A DNA stretch of 64,000 bases, from positions 3,286,001 through 3,350,000 of the forward strand of contig OZ316776.1 of assembly GCA_973851085.1 (NCBI GenBank), given 5' to 3'. Position 1 is the first letter of the stretch; each line of letters opens with the position of its first letter. Positions 23,615 to 36,052 of this stretch are shown here, one piece after another. A program made the position numbers and the translations under genes. Under the pieces are notes generated by a model that worked only from the letters and a program-made list of their open reading frames with translations, did not search any database and had not been told where the DNA came from. Source of the stretch: Ptychomitrium polyphyllum. Taxonomy: Eukaryota.

Positions 23615-24731
23615 GGCTTTGATAGAAGAGTAAAATATTTATTTATATTTACTTATTTTGGTCAACAGTTAGTCTGCCCTTCGTGTCAACAACAGCAACA
23701 ACTACGGAGTGCCATTAATCTGGCGAGTAAGTGAGTGTCTTCAACTGCTGAGTTTTGAGTGTGTTTGACTGTGCCGACAGCACTCTTTTCATGGTTGATC
23801 GACTTCACACACATTGTGTTCTGTCAGTTGCACATGACCTAATGGCTGACTCTAAACCTCCTACTTAGTATACTAGAGTCCTTGTCATCAATTACATGAT
23901 GTTGAGCTTACTCTCTTTTAGCTATGTCGAGCAGGTTTTTTCAGGTTAAAGTGGATTTTCCTGTTATATTCAGTTGATCTGAGTTTATAGCTTTTGCAGA
24001 TTAGCACCTTGTTTCTTCTTCTATTGCTCTGGTGCAGATGTGTTTCGGTGATCAAGTACTATTAGCCACGTTTGTTTTGTGAGAAGCATGCACTGGTGGC
24101 TTCCGAGCCTAATCATAGTTCGATTCTTCAATGTAGGGTGGAATATTAGTTCTGGCCACCCCCAATATCTTGGTCTTGCTTTGGCAGCACTTACCCTTGT
24201 CATGTAATATTAAAGCCCTGCAATTACAAGGTTAAAGTGCTGCAGATGTAGCGTTTGGGTGAAGTACTTTCCCAATAGTACACGTGAGCACTTCAACCCT
24301 TTGCAATGATCCTTAGATCTTCTCCTTAAATTGGAAGTTGTCGAGCAGAGACTTTCGAAGTAGTACTCTAGAACCTGGCTCTCACTTGCAGCGCAGGACA
24401 CTGACTTGAAGTCTTCCAGAAGAATAATTTATGGAATTTGGTCGACTTCGCCTATCTTAGGTGACATTTTTGGGCTCGAGTGCGATCTAGGATAACTTAG
24501 TTATGGCCTGGGCTGATTTCCATGTTGTTCAATTGTAACTGATTCCTTTCTTTTCTTATCACTCTTGATAGAAGACAATGGCTGCAGATTGTTGTCCTTG
24601 AGGTGTAGATGGCCGGCTGTTCCTACTTCCTACCTTCAGAACCCAAATTAGCAGGTCAAATTAAAACTGAATTACTCATGATCGAATATTTGGTCATCTT
24701 TCTGCTTGTGAATGGAGAAGTGCCGAGTGCA

Positions 24732-25929
24732 ATGGCAAAGGCACTACTGGACAACAGTGGTAGTAATGTGACGCAGCCTGCCCTCATCAGCCCTGTATCG
24801 CCCCGGCACGCGAGAGCCAATCACTCGCTTGTGGCGGTCATCGTGGTGCTCATGGTGTTGGCAACTGGCGCCCTCTTCTGCTGCTGCTACTTGTGGGAGC
24901 GTCAACTGCGGCTTCGAATTGAAGCTACTAGATCATCAACCCATTCTTTGCAAGACCCTGTGGGGGGTACCCGCAACTCTGGTCCACAGATGGTGAACAC
25001 CGTTATTTCATCATCATTTCAGAGTCTCATTTAGAGCTTTTTTTTTCTTTTTGCATTAGTGGAGTAAGCCATTCTCGATGTTGCTCATTCTGAAATGAAT
25101 CAGTGTGAAATATATTCTAGAGTCAGTAGTGAATTTCTAAACGTCGAGAATAATTGAACGAGTGGTGTATCGTTTAATAATTGCAGGGCTTTTCTGCATA
25201 GATGGTCATCATCTGAACTTCCCTTCGTATTTCTTGCTCTTGTAATTCGTTCCGCAGCTCAGGCATGAATCATTTTTGTTAACCTTTCTTAGAGACATTA
25301 CATTCTAACCAAAGAACACTGAACTGAGATCAGTATAATAACCATGCAGTATAGATCATGCTTTACCCTTTTGTGAGATTTAAATAAAAAACTTCTAGAA
25401 CATGAGGATATGAATAACATTTGGGCCTATCCATGGCTTATGAGTGTTATTTATAGGTGAAATTTTCAAGTAGTAGAGTCTTACTTGCTCATTTCGGAGT
25501 GAACCAGAGTGAAATGACCATCTTCAGTCCTTTTAGTATATGTGGGAATCAGACACGTACGTAGAATTAGAATCGGCTTGCGAGAGGGGTGTGACAAGTT
25601 CCTATTCCTCCTCAATAGTCATCTTCTCCAAAGTAAACGGCACTTGGAGAGTCATGTAGTGGATCCAAGAAGTTAGATACTGCTTCGAGTCTCACTACTT
25701 GGAAACTTTGGTTGATTTTGAATACAAGGATAACCGAGACGAGTAGTGTGTTGTTTGGTGATTGCAGAGTTCATCTCCTTCAGTGACAGTCCTGTTAGGA
25801 GACGACATTGCTCGTTCTGTGGCATGGGCTGTTCCTCAAAGAGTTCCAGCTTCAGCTGCATCTGAAGCTGCAATGCAACCGACACCGGCCAACGCTGATC
25901 AGTCTCTCCAGAAACTTGCTCCCAGTTGA
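24732..25929 (+). CDS. Small single-pass membrane protein, At5g65660-like family; exons 24732-24992 and 25768-25929
   Basis: TM helix followed by FCCCYLWERQLR (cf. recalled FSCCYHWDKLR). Phase-0 exon 2 encodes SVTVLLGDDIARSVAWAVP (cf. SLPVLMPGD.P.FIA.P.P). About 140 aa. Confidence 0.7.
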
Positions 25930-26949
25930 TTTTCATGTAACTCTACCCATGCGTGTTGGTTCCTGTACTAGCATAGTATGTGACTGATCATCGTTACAAC
26001 AATGAGATCAGTGAGGATTGTAGCTTAGTGTTGATTAATCTATACTGATGAACTCTAGGCAGCTCAGAGATTGTGGGTAGGACAACTGAGCTGGAGGCAA
26101 AAATGGTGCAAATTGTCCATTTTGAAGAACATATGAAACTCTGCATCCATCCAGGCTGATTATACTCTTCAATACTACAAAAAAATTCTCCTCACTGGAT
26201 TTTTCTAGGTTTGGTTCAGTACTATATTTGGGGAAAAGAGAGGTCATTCTATTTTGTGATGTTCTGAGGATGAAGTGTAAAGATGTATCATGTTGTGAAA
26301 GCTGCCAATTTTGTTGGGAGAAACTCCTAACCCTTGGTCTCATTCTTAGATTGGTCAAAGTAGGACAGTAGTTTTAAAGTGATTGATCAACTTTAAAGTG
26401 ATGAAGTAGCTTTAAAGTGATGACGTTTCTTCATATGGAGCATGCTCATTTGTTGTTATTGCTTGTAAGTTGTTGTTTAGAAAATGCAATTGTTCAATTC
26501 ATGCAATATTGTTCCTTCTTTTTAATATAAAATGTTTAGGAAACATATAATATGTCTTAATATATCAAGGTGTTCTATTATTAAAATATTTGTCCAAGAA
26601 TTATTACATGTTCTTAAGAATTCTCATGTAGTTTTTGGTCATCTATGAATCCAATGAATTTTTTTGGGATGAAAATCTCATGATTATTAAATAAAATATA
26701 TACCAAGGTACAAAATATTAATACCACCCGTGAATTAAACATACATGGTAACCAAAACTTGAATTTTAGAGTGAAACTTAATATGTACATATTAAGCAAG
26801 ATGCATTAAATTATAGGTGTTTATTTGTTTTTAAAAAAAAAATTAGACTCATTTTTTAAATTAAATAATATGTTTAGTTTTTAAATGTTTTTTTAACTTG
26901 ATGAAAAAACATTTGCAACAAAATTATCATAAATGTTTTATAATAGTAC

Positions 26950-27536
26950 TGTTAGGAACACAAGAAACAAGAAGCAGAAACGAAGTGTTTCCTAAGAATT
27001 AACTTTCAAAGAACTAATGATTGACAAGAACTTGTTACAAAGACTAGAACAAGGTAAGATTCAAGATGATCCACAACTTGTGTTGGCAAGACTAAGGAAT
27101 ACCTTGTCTTGCCTCTTATATATATACTATAACACTAGTATCTTCTAGAATACTTCTAAAGAAGCTTCTTATAAGGCTTAAGAATGTTCTTCCAACATCT
27201 TAGGAAACTTCTATAGAAGGTTCCAATTCCTTAAAAGCTTCTTATGAAAGTTCCAACATTTTAGAAAACATTCTAGGAACATTCTTGGAAGTTTCCTAAG
27301 GTAGCAAAACGTTATAAAGAAAGTTTCTTGAGGTCATGGAATCTTCCTAGGAAGTTATCTGACATGATGGAGCCTTCTTACGAAATTTCCTAAGGTGGAG
27401 GAACTTTCCTAGGAAGCTTCCTAATAACATAAAAAGGCTATGGAGACATTTAAAAATATTTTTAAAAGCTACTATAGTATACCAGAAGATTCTAGAATGT
27501 TCTAAAAACTATATTGCATAATCTATGTTCATGACA
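26950..27536 (-). mobile_element. Solo LTR, same family as 12462-13137, more decayed
   Basis: TGTTAGG...CATGACA termini, TSD AGTAC/AGTAT, same internal array. Confidence 0.87.
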
Positions 27537-28739
27537 AGTATAAAGTAGGCCTTTATTAAAGTTATTGTCAACAAGTTTTGTTAATTTTAAAACTTTACTA
27601 ATAAAAATCTAGTTTTGTAAAAATACGCACCAAAATTGCAACTTGTTTGTAAATTCTTTGAATTTTTGTTGGAAATAAGCTAATATTATTTCAATAAAGC
27701 CTTAAAAGATATAAGATTTACTTCTAAATTTTTGATAAATTTCATTGGATAATAACCTTATGAATTTTTGGTACAACTAAAATATATTAAAATGCTACAA
27801 ACTTTATTAATTCATTAATTTCTTAAAGTCAAATATATTATAATAAATCCATCAAAAATATGATTTTTTATTTTAATATTTAAAATATTGAATTTTTTAG
27901 TTTAATGTTGTAAGTTGTTTAAAATCTATAAACTACAATAATAAGAACATCATTAATTTTTATAAATATCGACTTTTATAATATTATAAATATATTAATA
28001 TTTTTACATTAATTAATATATTAATCTTGCCTTGAAATGGTCATTTTGGAAGATAAATACCTTTACAACACATTGAAAAAAAAAAATTCAATATTTCAAA
28101 GTCCAAAAATTCTTTTATAGTTTATTGTAAGCCAATTTGAATTTTATGAAATCTTAAGAGTAATGTATAATTTGAAAAAACACATTTATTATCAATAATT
28201 AAAATACGTGAATAAATATAAGTACTTTATAATAGTCTAAATTAAGATTAAAGCAACTTTGCATCCAAGTTCTTTAAATTATTTTTTGTACAATTTTGAT
28301 TAAAATAATTAAAAATTATTGCAATTATTTTAAAATGTCATTTTATTTATAATATGTATGTATGTGATTAATTTCTTAAGAATAAGGTATTATAAAAAAA
28401 CACTAGTTTTTTTAGTGCTACAATAATCCAAATGAGAAGTAGTTTGTTGTGTATATAAATATAAAGATTATAAGTATTTCTCAAAAACAAGTTTATTACC
28501 TTAAATGACTATTTTTAAAGAAATCAAAAACAATTCTTAAACTTCAAGTTGGCCAAAGATGTCACAACAAACATAAATATTCAATAATAATATGACATCT
28601 TGTAAATACTGTAGTTCATAATATGAAAGTGATACTTTCTTACCACATTTTATTCAATATATAAGTTTTTAAAGACAACCAATAAGAATCAATAATAAAT
28701 AATAAAAAATGAGATTTACATCCGGACAAAGCAACTGCA

Positions 28740-29053
28740 ACCACCAACATCCGCCACCATCCACCAACATCTATATTCATCCACCATCGTCTATATTCAT
28801 CCACCATCATCTATATTCATCCACCATCATCCGCCACCATCCACAACATCCATATTCATCTACCATCATCTGCCAGCATCCATCATCATCTGCCAGCATC
28901 CACTATCATCCACCAGCATCCGCCAGCATCCACCAACATCCGCCAGCATCCTTATTCATCCACCACCATGCATATTTATCCACAACCATCCATATTCATC
29001 CACAACATCAATATTCATCTACACCATCCATCTTCATCCACAACCATCCCTAT
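28740..29053. repeat. 10-bp-period minisatellite (ATCCACCATC / ATCTATATTC / ATCCGCCAGC variants), about 30 units
   Basis: Direct reading. ATC recurs every 10 (occasionally 9) nt. Confidence 0.85.
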
Positions 29054-29506
29054 CATGCACTGTTGGGATGAAATAAACTGCAAGGCGGGCACCAGGATTG
29101 TCGAAGACGACTGGGAAGACGCAGAACACAACCAGGAATAACAAGGTTTTGCATTTCACTTTCGAGGATTGCGCAGATCGATCAATACAGGATGTGAGCG
29201 AACGATCAGTCCCTGCACTTGTGTGTGTGCCTCTTCTTTGTGGCGATCGGTTTAGATGCTAGCAACTAGAATCTTCACATCGTAGAATTTTCAAAACGTT
29301 CGCCCTAATCATCAGTAGATAGCAAATGGAACAGTTTACGATGAGAATATTTGGGTGCTGTAGAGTTCTGGTCCATAACGGTTGTTGCATGATTCAGAGA
29401 TTATGTGTGTCTTTCTGTTCAAGTTGAGAGTACAACTTTCGTGCCAGGTTTTAGGGTTTACACGAGGCGATGTAGAGCAGTTGTAGAGGAAGAAGAGGGA
29501 GAGAGC

Positions 29507-31366
29507 ATGACAGGGATGGCGACACCGTCAACTCGGGGTTGCAGCATTCGAGCGCTGTGGATCTTCAACCAGTCGTTCAGCTTGGTGTTCTCGCGGCGGT
29601 TTGTCACGGTAGAGAGATTGTGGAAACAAGCATGTGAGCAGCAGAATTTGGAAGGTTCGGTATGTTGTTCGGTGCCTTTCGATGCCAATGTGGCTGAATC
29701 TTTCGTTGCTAGCAAGCTTGAGAGGGATAGGCGTGGTCAATCAGAGGAGGGGGAGATGCTGGTCGATGACCCGATCATGCGCTATGTGAGGAGCCTGAAA
29801 GTGGAAGAAGGCCGGCTATGGCCAGTGGTGGAACATCGGCGGAGTGGATGCTTCATCTTGGTGCTGCCCATGGTGGAACCGCACCAGATGGCTGCGTTTG
29901 AGGATCTTTGCAGGCGGTCTGGCTGCGGAGGGGCCACATCTGACTTGGGTTTGTCGAAATTGCTGCTTGATACGCCTTGTGTTACAGGGGCATTGGCAGT
30001 GGGGCAAGCTTTGGGGGATGTCTTGAGTGGAGATTTTGTGGAGCCTGAGCTTTTTGCTACGTCGACGGCGACTGTGGGGAGTTTTTTTGACAGCCTGACG
30101 GGCGGTATGGGGGTGGGCATATCGGGGATCGCAGCTCGGGCCAAACCTGTGGCAGTCCCAGTTGCTGCTGCTGCTAATGCAGTTGCAGCCGCAGCTGCCA
30201 CGGCCACGTCTGCCATTACTGGTGGAGGTAGAGCAACCCTGAAGTCGTCGGAGAAGGATGCGCTCCGCAGTTTCATTACTAGTGCAATGCCGTTTGGGAC
30301 TCCATTGGATGTCAATTCGGTAAACCTGGCTGCCGTGAAGAGCAACGGGTTTACATCATTGGATGTGCCTGTTGCAGAACAGAGGCAACCAATGTGGAAG
30401 CCGTATCTCTACAGGGGTAAGCAGCGCATGGCATTTGCTGTTCATGAGGTGGTCACAGCGGCATTGTATGATAGAGACGATGTCAAGGACTCTATCTCTC
30501 TTGCCGGCGAGGTGCTCTGCCGTCTGGACCTTGAAGGCCTCCCAGAGGTCTCTCTTCATCTCCTCACCCCTCCGAGCTCCACTATCGATTCTCTCACGTT
30601 CCACCTCTGTGCTCAGGCTCCTGAGCAAGGAGCGAATAAGCAGAGTGTCACATTCACGCCACCCTTGGGCAACTTTGTGCTAGCACGCTACACGGCCATT
30701 CCGAAGTCCATCAATCCGCCTCTCCAGGGATTCTACCAGCTGTCCATGGTGTCTGAGACTGAAGGAGCATTTCTGATAAGAATGAGGGTGATGGCAGGGT
30801 ACAAAAACACTGCAATGGTCATGGATCAATGCTCACTCTCCGTGCCTTTTCCTAGAAGGAAAATAGTGGGAGTGGAAGGTGTGCCATCGGTTGGGACAGT
30901 ATCTCAGACAGACCATTCTATCGAGTGGAAAATCGTGTTGGGAAGGGGTCTTCCCAAGGGGACTGAGGTCACATATCCTGGGACAGTGAAATTTGCACCG
31001 AGCACGAGGAGGCAAACAAGTGAATCTCAAAGTGACGCGTTTAGATTGGATGACAGCGACACAGAAGCTGATTCCCAAGAGAATGAGTCTTTCAAAGGTG
31101 AAAGGGGAGATCCAACTCCACTCCCAGCAGATATGGAGGAGCCTTTGTGCTGGGAGGCCTACAGTTTTGCAAAAGCCTCGATCAAGGCCACTGGTGGAAG
31201 CATGTCAGGCATCTCGATCGACCCAAAGGCTGTCTCTGTCTATCCTGCTGTGAAGACAGCTTGCGAGTTCTCATCACAGGTGTTGTCTGGAGAATATATA
31301 TTCTGGAACTCTCTTGGCAGATATCCACAAGCAGTGCCCGCACTGACCAACGAAAGACACGGATAG
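29507..31366 (+). CDS. AP5M1: AP-5 complex subunit mu, intronless CDS
   Basis: GCSIRALWI...VFSRRF..VE..W N-terminus, MPFGTPLD, QPMWKPYLYRGKQR, YDRDD..D.IS..G.V.CR.DLEGLPEVS, and a C-terminal mu-homology domain ending SGEYIFWNSLG. First ATG at 29507. Confidence 0.92.
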   Translation: MTGMATPSTRGCSIRALWIFNQSFSLVFSRRFVTVERLWKQACEQQNLEGSVCCSVPFDANVAESFVASKLERDRRGQSEEGEMLVDDPIMRYVRSLKVEEGRLWPVVEHRRSGCFILVLPMVEPHQMAAFEDLCRRSGCGGATSDLGLSKLLLDTPCVTGALAVGQALGDVLSGDFVEPELFATSTATVGSFFDSLTGGMGVGISGIAARAKPVAVPVAAAANAVAAAAATATSAITGGGRATLKSSEKDALRSFITSAMPFGTPLDVNSVNLAAVKSNGFTSLDVPVAEQRQPMWKPYLYRGKQRMAFAVHEVVTAALYDRDDVKDSISLAGEVLCRLDLEGLPEVSLHLLTPPSSTIDSLTFHLCAQAPEQGANKQSVTFTPPLGNFVLARYTAIPKSINPPLQGFYQLSMVSETEGAFLIRMRVMAGYKNTAMVMDQCSLSVPFPRRKIVGVEGVPSVGTVSQTDHSIEWKIVLGRGLPKGTEVTYPGTVKFAPSTRRQTSESQSDAFRLDDSDTEADSQENESFKGERGDPTPLPADMEEPLCWEAYSFAKASIKATGGSMSGISIDPKAVSVYPAVKTACEFSSQVLSGEYIFWNSLGRYPQAVPALTNERHG

Positions 31367-34260
31367 AAGGTTGGCTGTGGATCTGAATGTAAATTTGTAC
31401 TACACGTTGCTCAACTAGAGATAGCATCTCTATTGACTAAAGATTGTCAATAGTCACCATTCGTTTCAGTTCTGTCATCATGTGCGACTTGGCCATGGTA
31501 TACTTCTTTCTAATTTACACAGGGTACTCCAATGCTTATCTGCTAATTACTGGGACTAGTGTTTCGAATCAGGTTTTAAGGCTCTTTTCGGATGAATCCA
31601 AATCTCTGAATCTTCCTAGACTTGAATCACAGAAATATTGTTTCTGGTTATGCATTGGATAGTGCTAGAGAGGTTTCGGTATCAATCACTCAAATTGAGT
31701 TAAGGTCACCATAGAAACGTCATTACACTTTCAGAGAAATCATAGTATTTGAATTATTGACAGAGCGAGAGATTTCGAACCCCATTTTATGGCATGGTTG
31801 CTAGAATGCTCTTCTATGAATCACGCAGCAGGAATGCTTGTAGATCTCTATGCTTTCAAGCTGGGCTTTCTAAGTAATGCTGTGAGCTGTTGTGTGGCAC
31901 ACCCATGTAATGTACATTGTTTCCTTGATCTCTTCAACGCTTGGTTGTGCCAGGATCCTAGAACTCTTCTAAAGCCCTTCTTGAATGTTTTGGGGTTTAC
32001 GGTTAAGGCTTTCTATGCTTTCAAGCGTGTTTTTGGAGGTATTTGATAAAATTGGAATGGTAAAGGATGACATATAAATGGTACAATTTGGAACATCTAG
32101 AAACGATCAACCAATGACTTAACAATACACCTTTTCAGCAACAAGTTGTGTTTGTGATGAAAAATATCTACCAAAAGTAAAGGTCTTGTTCTTGTTTTAA
32201 GGTATCCACCAATAAGAAGTACACTACTTGGATTAAAAGGAAACAAATACATGATGATAAAATTTAAAAAAAATTCTAAGACTTTTTGAAAAAAAAACTC
32301 TTTCATTTGAAGCTATATTCTTTGCTTGGTGAAAGACAATAGACAATAGATTGGAAAATGAAAGAAAATAATCTTTGAAATCATTCTTTTATATAAAAGC
32401 ATAATGTAAAAGAAAGATTGTTAAATGATTTTTGAGTTCTTTTTGTCCAAATGATTCAAATAGGTGCGGTGTGATTTTTACTTTATTACTTTATCATAGA
32501 ATTTATAATGAAATGAGAAATTTGAGAAGTCTGAGAAGCTCCTTAATTATATTGATCAGTATATTACAGAAGTTAGATAAACTTCCATACAGGGTTGGGT
32601 CCAAAAACTATGGGATAAAGGTTTTACAGATTTGTTGGGAGAGTTAAAACTCCATTTAAAGTATGTACTGTGGCAAATTCAATCAATTCTGAAAAGGTTG
32701 GATGTGAGTGCTTTTCCTTTGCTTCCACTAACTTACCCCAGTACAGTACTTCACACAGAATACATTCTTCAGCTCAAGGAGTAGCCAAGAGGACGCGTAC
32801 CCTTGATAATCGTTGCTTACCATAACTTTGCCTAACCAAGAAGCCTGTCCACTCCCACCACCATTCAGCACTAATCAATGCTTCACCACCTCTGCTCAAA
32901 CAGCATTCATCCACTCTCGCTCAACACGTAGCAAATCGTACTCTGCCTGTCGTCGACGATATCATCATGTTTGGGTAGACCCTTGCTAGGAGCAACATTC
33001 CCTACCTCGGCCGCCATTCATCACTATGGAAAACCTAGGCGAACGATTTTCATTCATTCTCTAATCTCCAATTACTTAGAACAAGGTTATCATCCATACG
33101 TAGTCATCGAGACTTAGAACCTGCTCATTCTCCTCACGACTAGCAGCCGAGGGAACGAAACTCATCCCCACTTGTTCACCTGCATAGGACGCACTCCCAC
33201 AACCGTCACTGTACCCAACACCCACACCATGTCTCAGACGGCTACACTTTACTTTTTGAGTGAAATAAGAGCGTAGATGATGTCAAACCTGTACACATTG
33301 ACGGTTTTTCACTGTATCTAAAACTTTCCTTTTCTCGTCTTTCGGAATCTTTTACCAGGTGAACTATATGCTCTTGGTTTTGAGATTTAGTAACGGCTTG
33401 AGGTGTACATTCCTTCCGTTTTCCTCCGCAGAACGAGGGTATCATCCATGTCTTGGCATCACTGTCGTCAGGACTAGAAACCGGTACATTACAACGACGA
33501 ACGCTATTCATCCGATGTCGATTAAGCAATGCTATTTCCTCCACAATGCGAGGTTTGCATCCATATCTGAGCATCAGTCATCCGTGATGGAAGCCCGCCC
33601 ATTTCCCTACAGAGGGTTCCCGCCCCCGCGCATGGATGAATTTGAAGCTGGAGAGGGTTTCTAAAATTCGCGCGCTTGCCTTGCAGACTTCACTGCTCTT
33701 GTTGCATTAGAGCTCTCGCTTCTCCGCAGGTCTCTCATTTTTCTCCCGTTTGTGTAACTTCGCGTTTCTCATCGCTGCGTCGCTGTCCCTTTACTTTCTT
33801 GCGCCGTGCCGATCTTCGAAGTGTTTGGTGAGTTTTCTTGTGCTGTAGACTCTCGCTCTTCTCTCGTTTCCTTTGCCGTTCTTTCAGTCGAGTTCGGATC
33901 CAATTAGGCGCTGGAAGTGATGTGCCTCGAGCTTTCGGGAGTGTCCTTCAGTCAGAGGGCTTGTTTGTATCGGTTCGTTGCGCTTCTTAAGAAGCGCACA
34001 AGTTGTGATGGACAGTTTTTTTGCTCTTGGTTACCGGTTTTGGAGGGAGTAGTGTCTCAGGCGGTCTTATTAGGTTAAAAGTGTTGCATCCTGGTCATAG
34101 TTTTATTCTTTGGCTTCTGTGCGATGGACGCTTGAAAGTGTAGGATTTTCTTGGAAGCGGACGTGGTTTCGAGTTGTGTCTTATGGTTTTTAGTCGCGGT
34201 ATTTTTGCGTTGAAGTGCTCGCGACTTTAAAGGAGGTGTCTGTTAATTCGAGGTGTGGAC

Positions 34261-36052
34261 ATGGCAAAGGCTGCGGCAATAACGCAAGCGAATCCACAGA
34301 ACGCCCTGAAACGGGTGTCTGTCGATCCTAGCGACTTGAAGCGCAGCGCTAGCGGAAGCGGATTTACACGCTGGTAATTTCATTATCTCTTTGTGTGCGG
34401 AAGCCAGAGAGGCAACTATGCATGAGTACAGAAGTCGATGAATATTGAATGGTGTTTGCACATCTTAACTCATTTTATTTTTTTTGCAGCGATAAGTGTG
34501 AAAGGGACATTGCCGTTGCCAGAATCGACACCCACGACTGTGAGCAAGAGGCGAAAACACAGGCCTTAATATGTACGTAATTTTCAATGCTTCACCTTTT
34601 GTCTTAAGAGTATCTCAATCGTCATCTGTCAACTGCCACGGCTTATTTGGATATAATGGTTCTGTAGTATTAAATCGAACGAGCATTTGAGACCTAACTT
34701 CCCACTTATCTCTGTGCAATAGCAAAGATGACAAAGCAAGCTGTAAAGAAGAGCGACGACTCAGCCAAGATGGTGAAGCAGGCCGCGAAGAAGAGCGACG
34801 ATACAGCGTATTACCTCTTGGCCTCAGCTTACGCATCTATTGTTCTTTTGCTTCTTGTTAGGATTTAATATTTGTTTCCTAACAACATGCTTCGTAGAAG
34901 CATTTCCTTACACATTGGATGCTAGTTGAACTCAAGGAGATTTCGCGTCCACATTTTTTTCTTAGAAAGCAACGAATCAAATTTTGTACACTTTTTTACT
35001 CCCCGCTTCATAGGAGCTTAATCTCGACATCTAGAGTTCTTTTTCCTCCTTACTTAGCGTGATATGATACATGCAGAAAAGGGACAAAGCGCAAAACAGA
35101 GCCGAAGGCGGTTATTAAGAAGGCAAAGAAGGCCAAAGGGAAAGACCCTAACGCGCCCAAACGACCAGCATCGGGCTTCTTCATTTTCATGTTAGTAATT
35201 CACGCCTATTGGTTTCTGGAATACCCTTTTCCTGCGAGCCGTCGCGTAAGTATTGCCAAGTTTGATAATATTACGTACTCCAACTGTACAACCGTCTGAA
35301 TGGTGTTATTATCTTCTGGTCTTTGCAGGGAAACTTTCCGGAAGGAGTACAAGGATGCTAACCCTGATTCTAAAGGAGTGGCAGTTGTAAGTGACATTTT
35401 CTACCTTCGGGAGCAGATGCCAGGTTTATCTTATGCACGTGTATGTTCAGTATAGTAAGTGTCGCTATCCTAGGTGTTCGACTTGCTGACCCCCCTTTTT
35501 TTTTTGTTGCCAATGCAGGTTGGTAAGGCGGGTGGTGAAAAGTGGAAGCAGATGTCCGAGGAGGTCATTTTCCTACCCTCAATTCCTGAGTTTAAGTTTC
35601 GTGAACCTTAAACGAATTCAAGCCAGGGGTTTATTGTGTCTAGCTTACGACTTTCATCCCTTGTGATTTCAGGAGAAGGCTGTGTACAACAAAGAAGCCG
35701 AAGCCAGGAAGGCCACCTATGAGCAAGCCATGAAAGATTACAAAAACAAGGACTCCAAGGTTTGTCATGTGAATACTCTCTTTTTTACTTTTATTAATTA
35801 GTATGACCATGTGATGGATTCAATGATGGTTTGCATACATTCAAACCTCAAGTTTCGGTTGCCTGACAGGATGATGGAGAAGTGTCTGAAGATGCTGCCG
35901 AAGATGAAGAAGAGGTGTGTGTCTTACTCGAGTAGATTTATATTAGTTGTATTTGGCCGCAACTTTTTTTCTTTGCTAATGGTTTTTGAAAGTGTCAACA
36001 TCTCTACTGAAAAATCTCGATGTTGCCTTCTCAGGCAGTCGAAGACGAGTGA
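34261..36052 (+). CDS. HMG-box protein of the HMGB6/HMGB7 type (N-terminal CxxC..HxC motif, HMG box, acidic tail), about 9 coding exons
   Basis: The spliced product reads LKRSASGSGFTRCDKCERDIAVARIDTHDC..KDPNAPKRPASGFFIFMETFRKEYK..VGKAGGEKWKQMSEEEKAVY..EDAAEDEEAVEDE*. Junction phases are consistent. Confidence 0.88.

Noticed and set aside
26372..26424. GTGATGA motifs suggesting a C/D snoRNA
   Set aside because: They are part of a three-copy 19-bp tandem repeat, and I found no suitably placed D box or terminal stem.
28709..29071. His/Pro/Ile-rich 120-aa ORF
   Set aside because: Artefact of the G-poor 10-bp repeat, which seldom produces stops on this strand.
29782..30345. 187-aa antisense ORF, and similar ones opposite LEA, DUF1997 and GRAS
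   Set aside because: Shadow ORFs expected from the codon bias of the real gene on the other strand.
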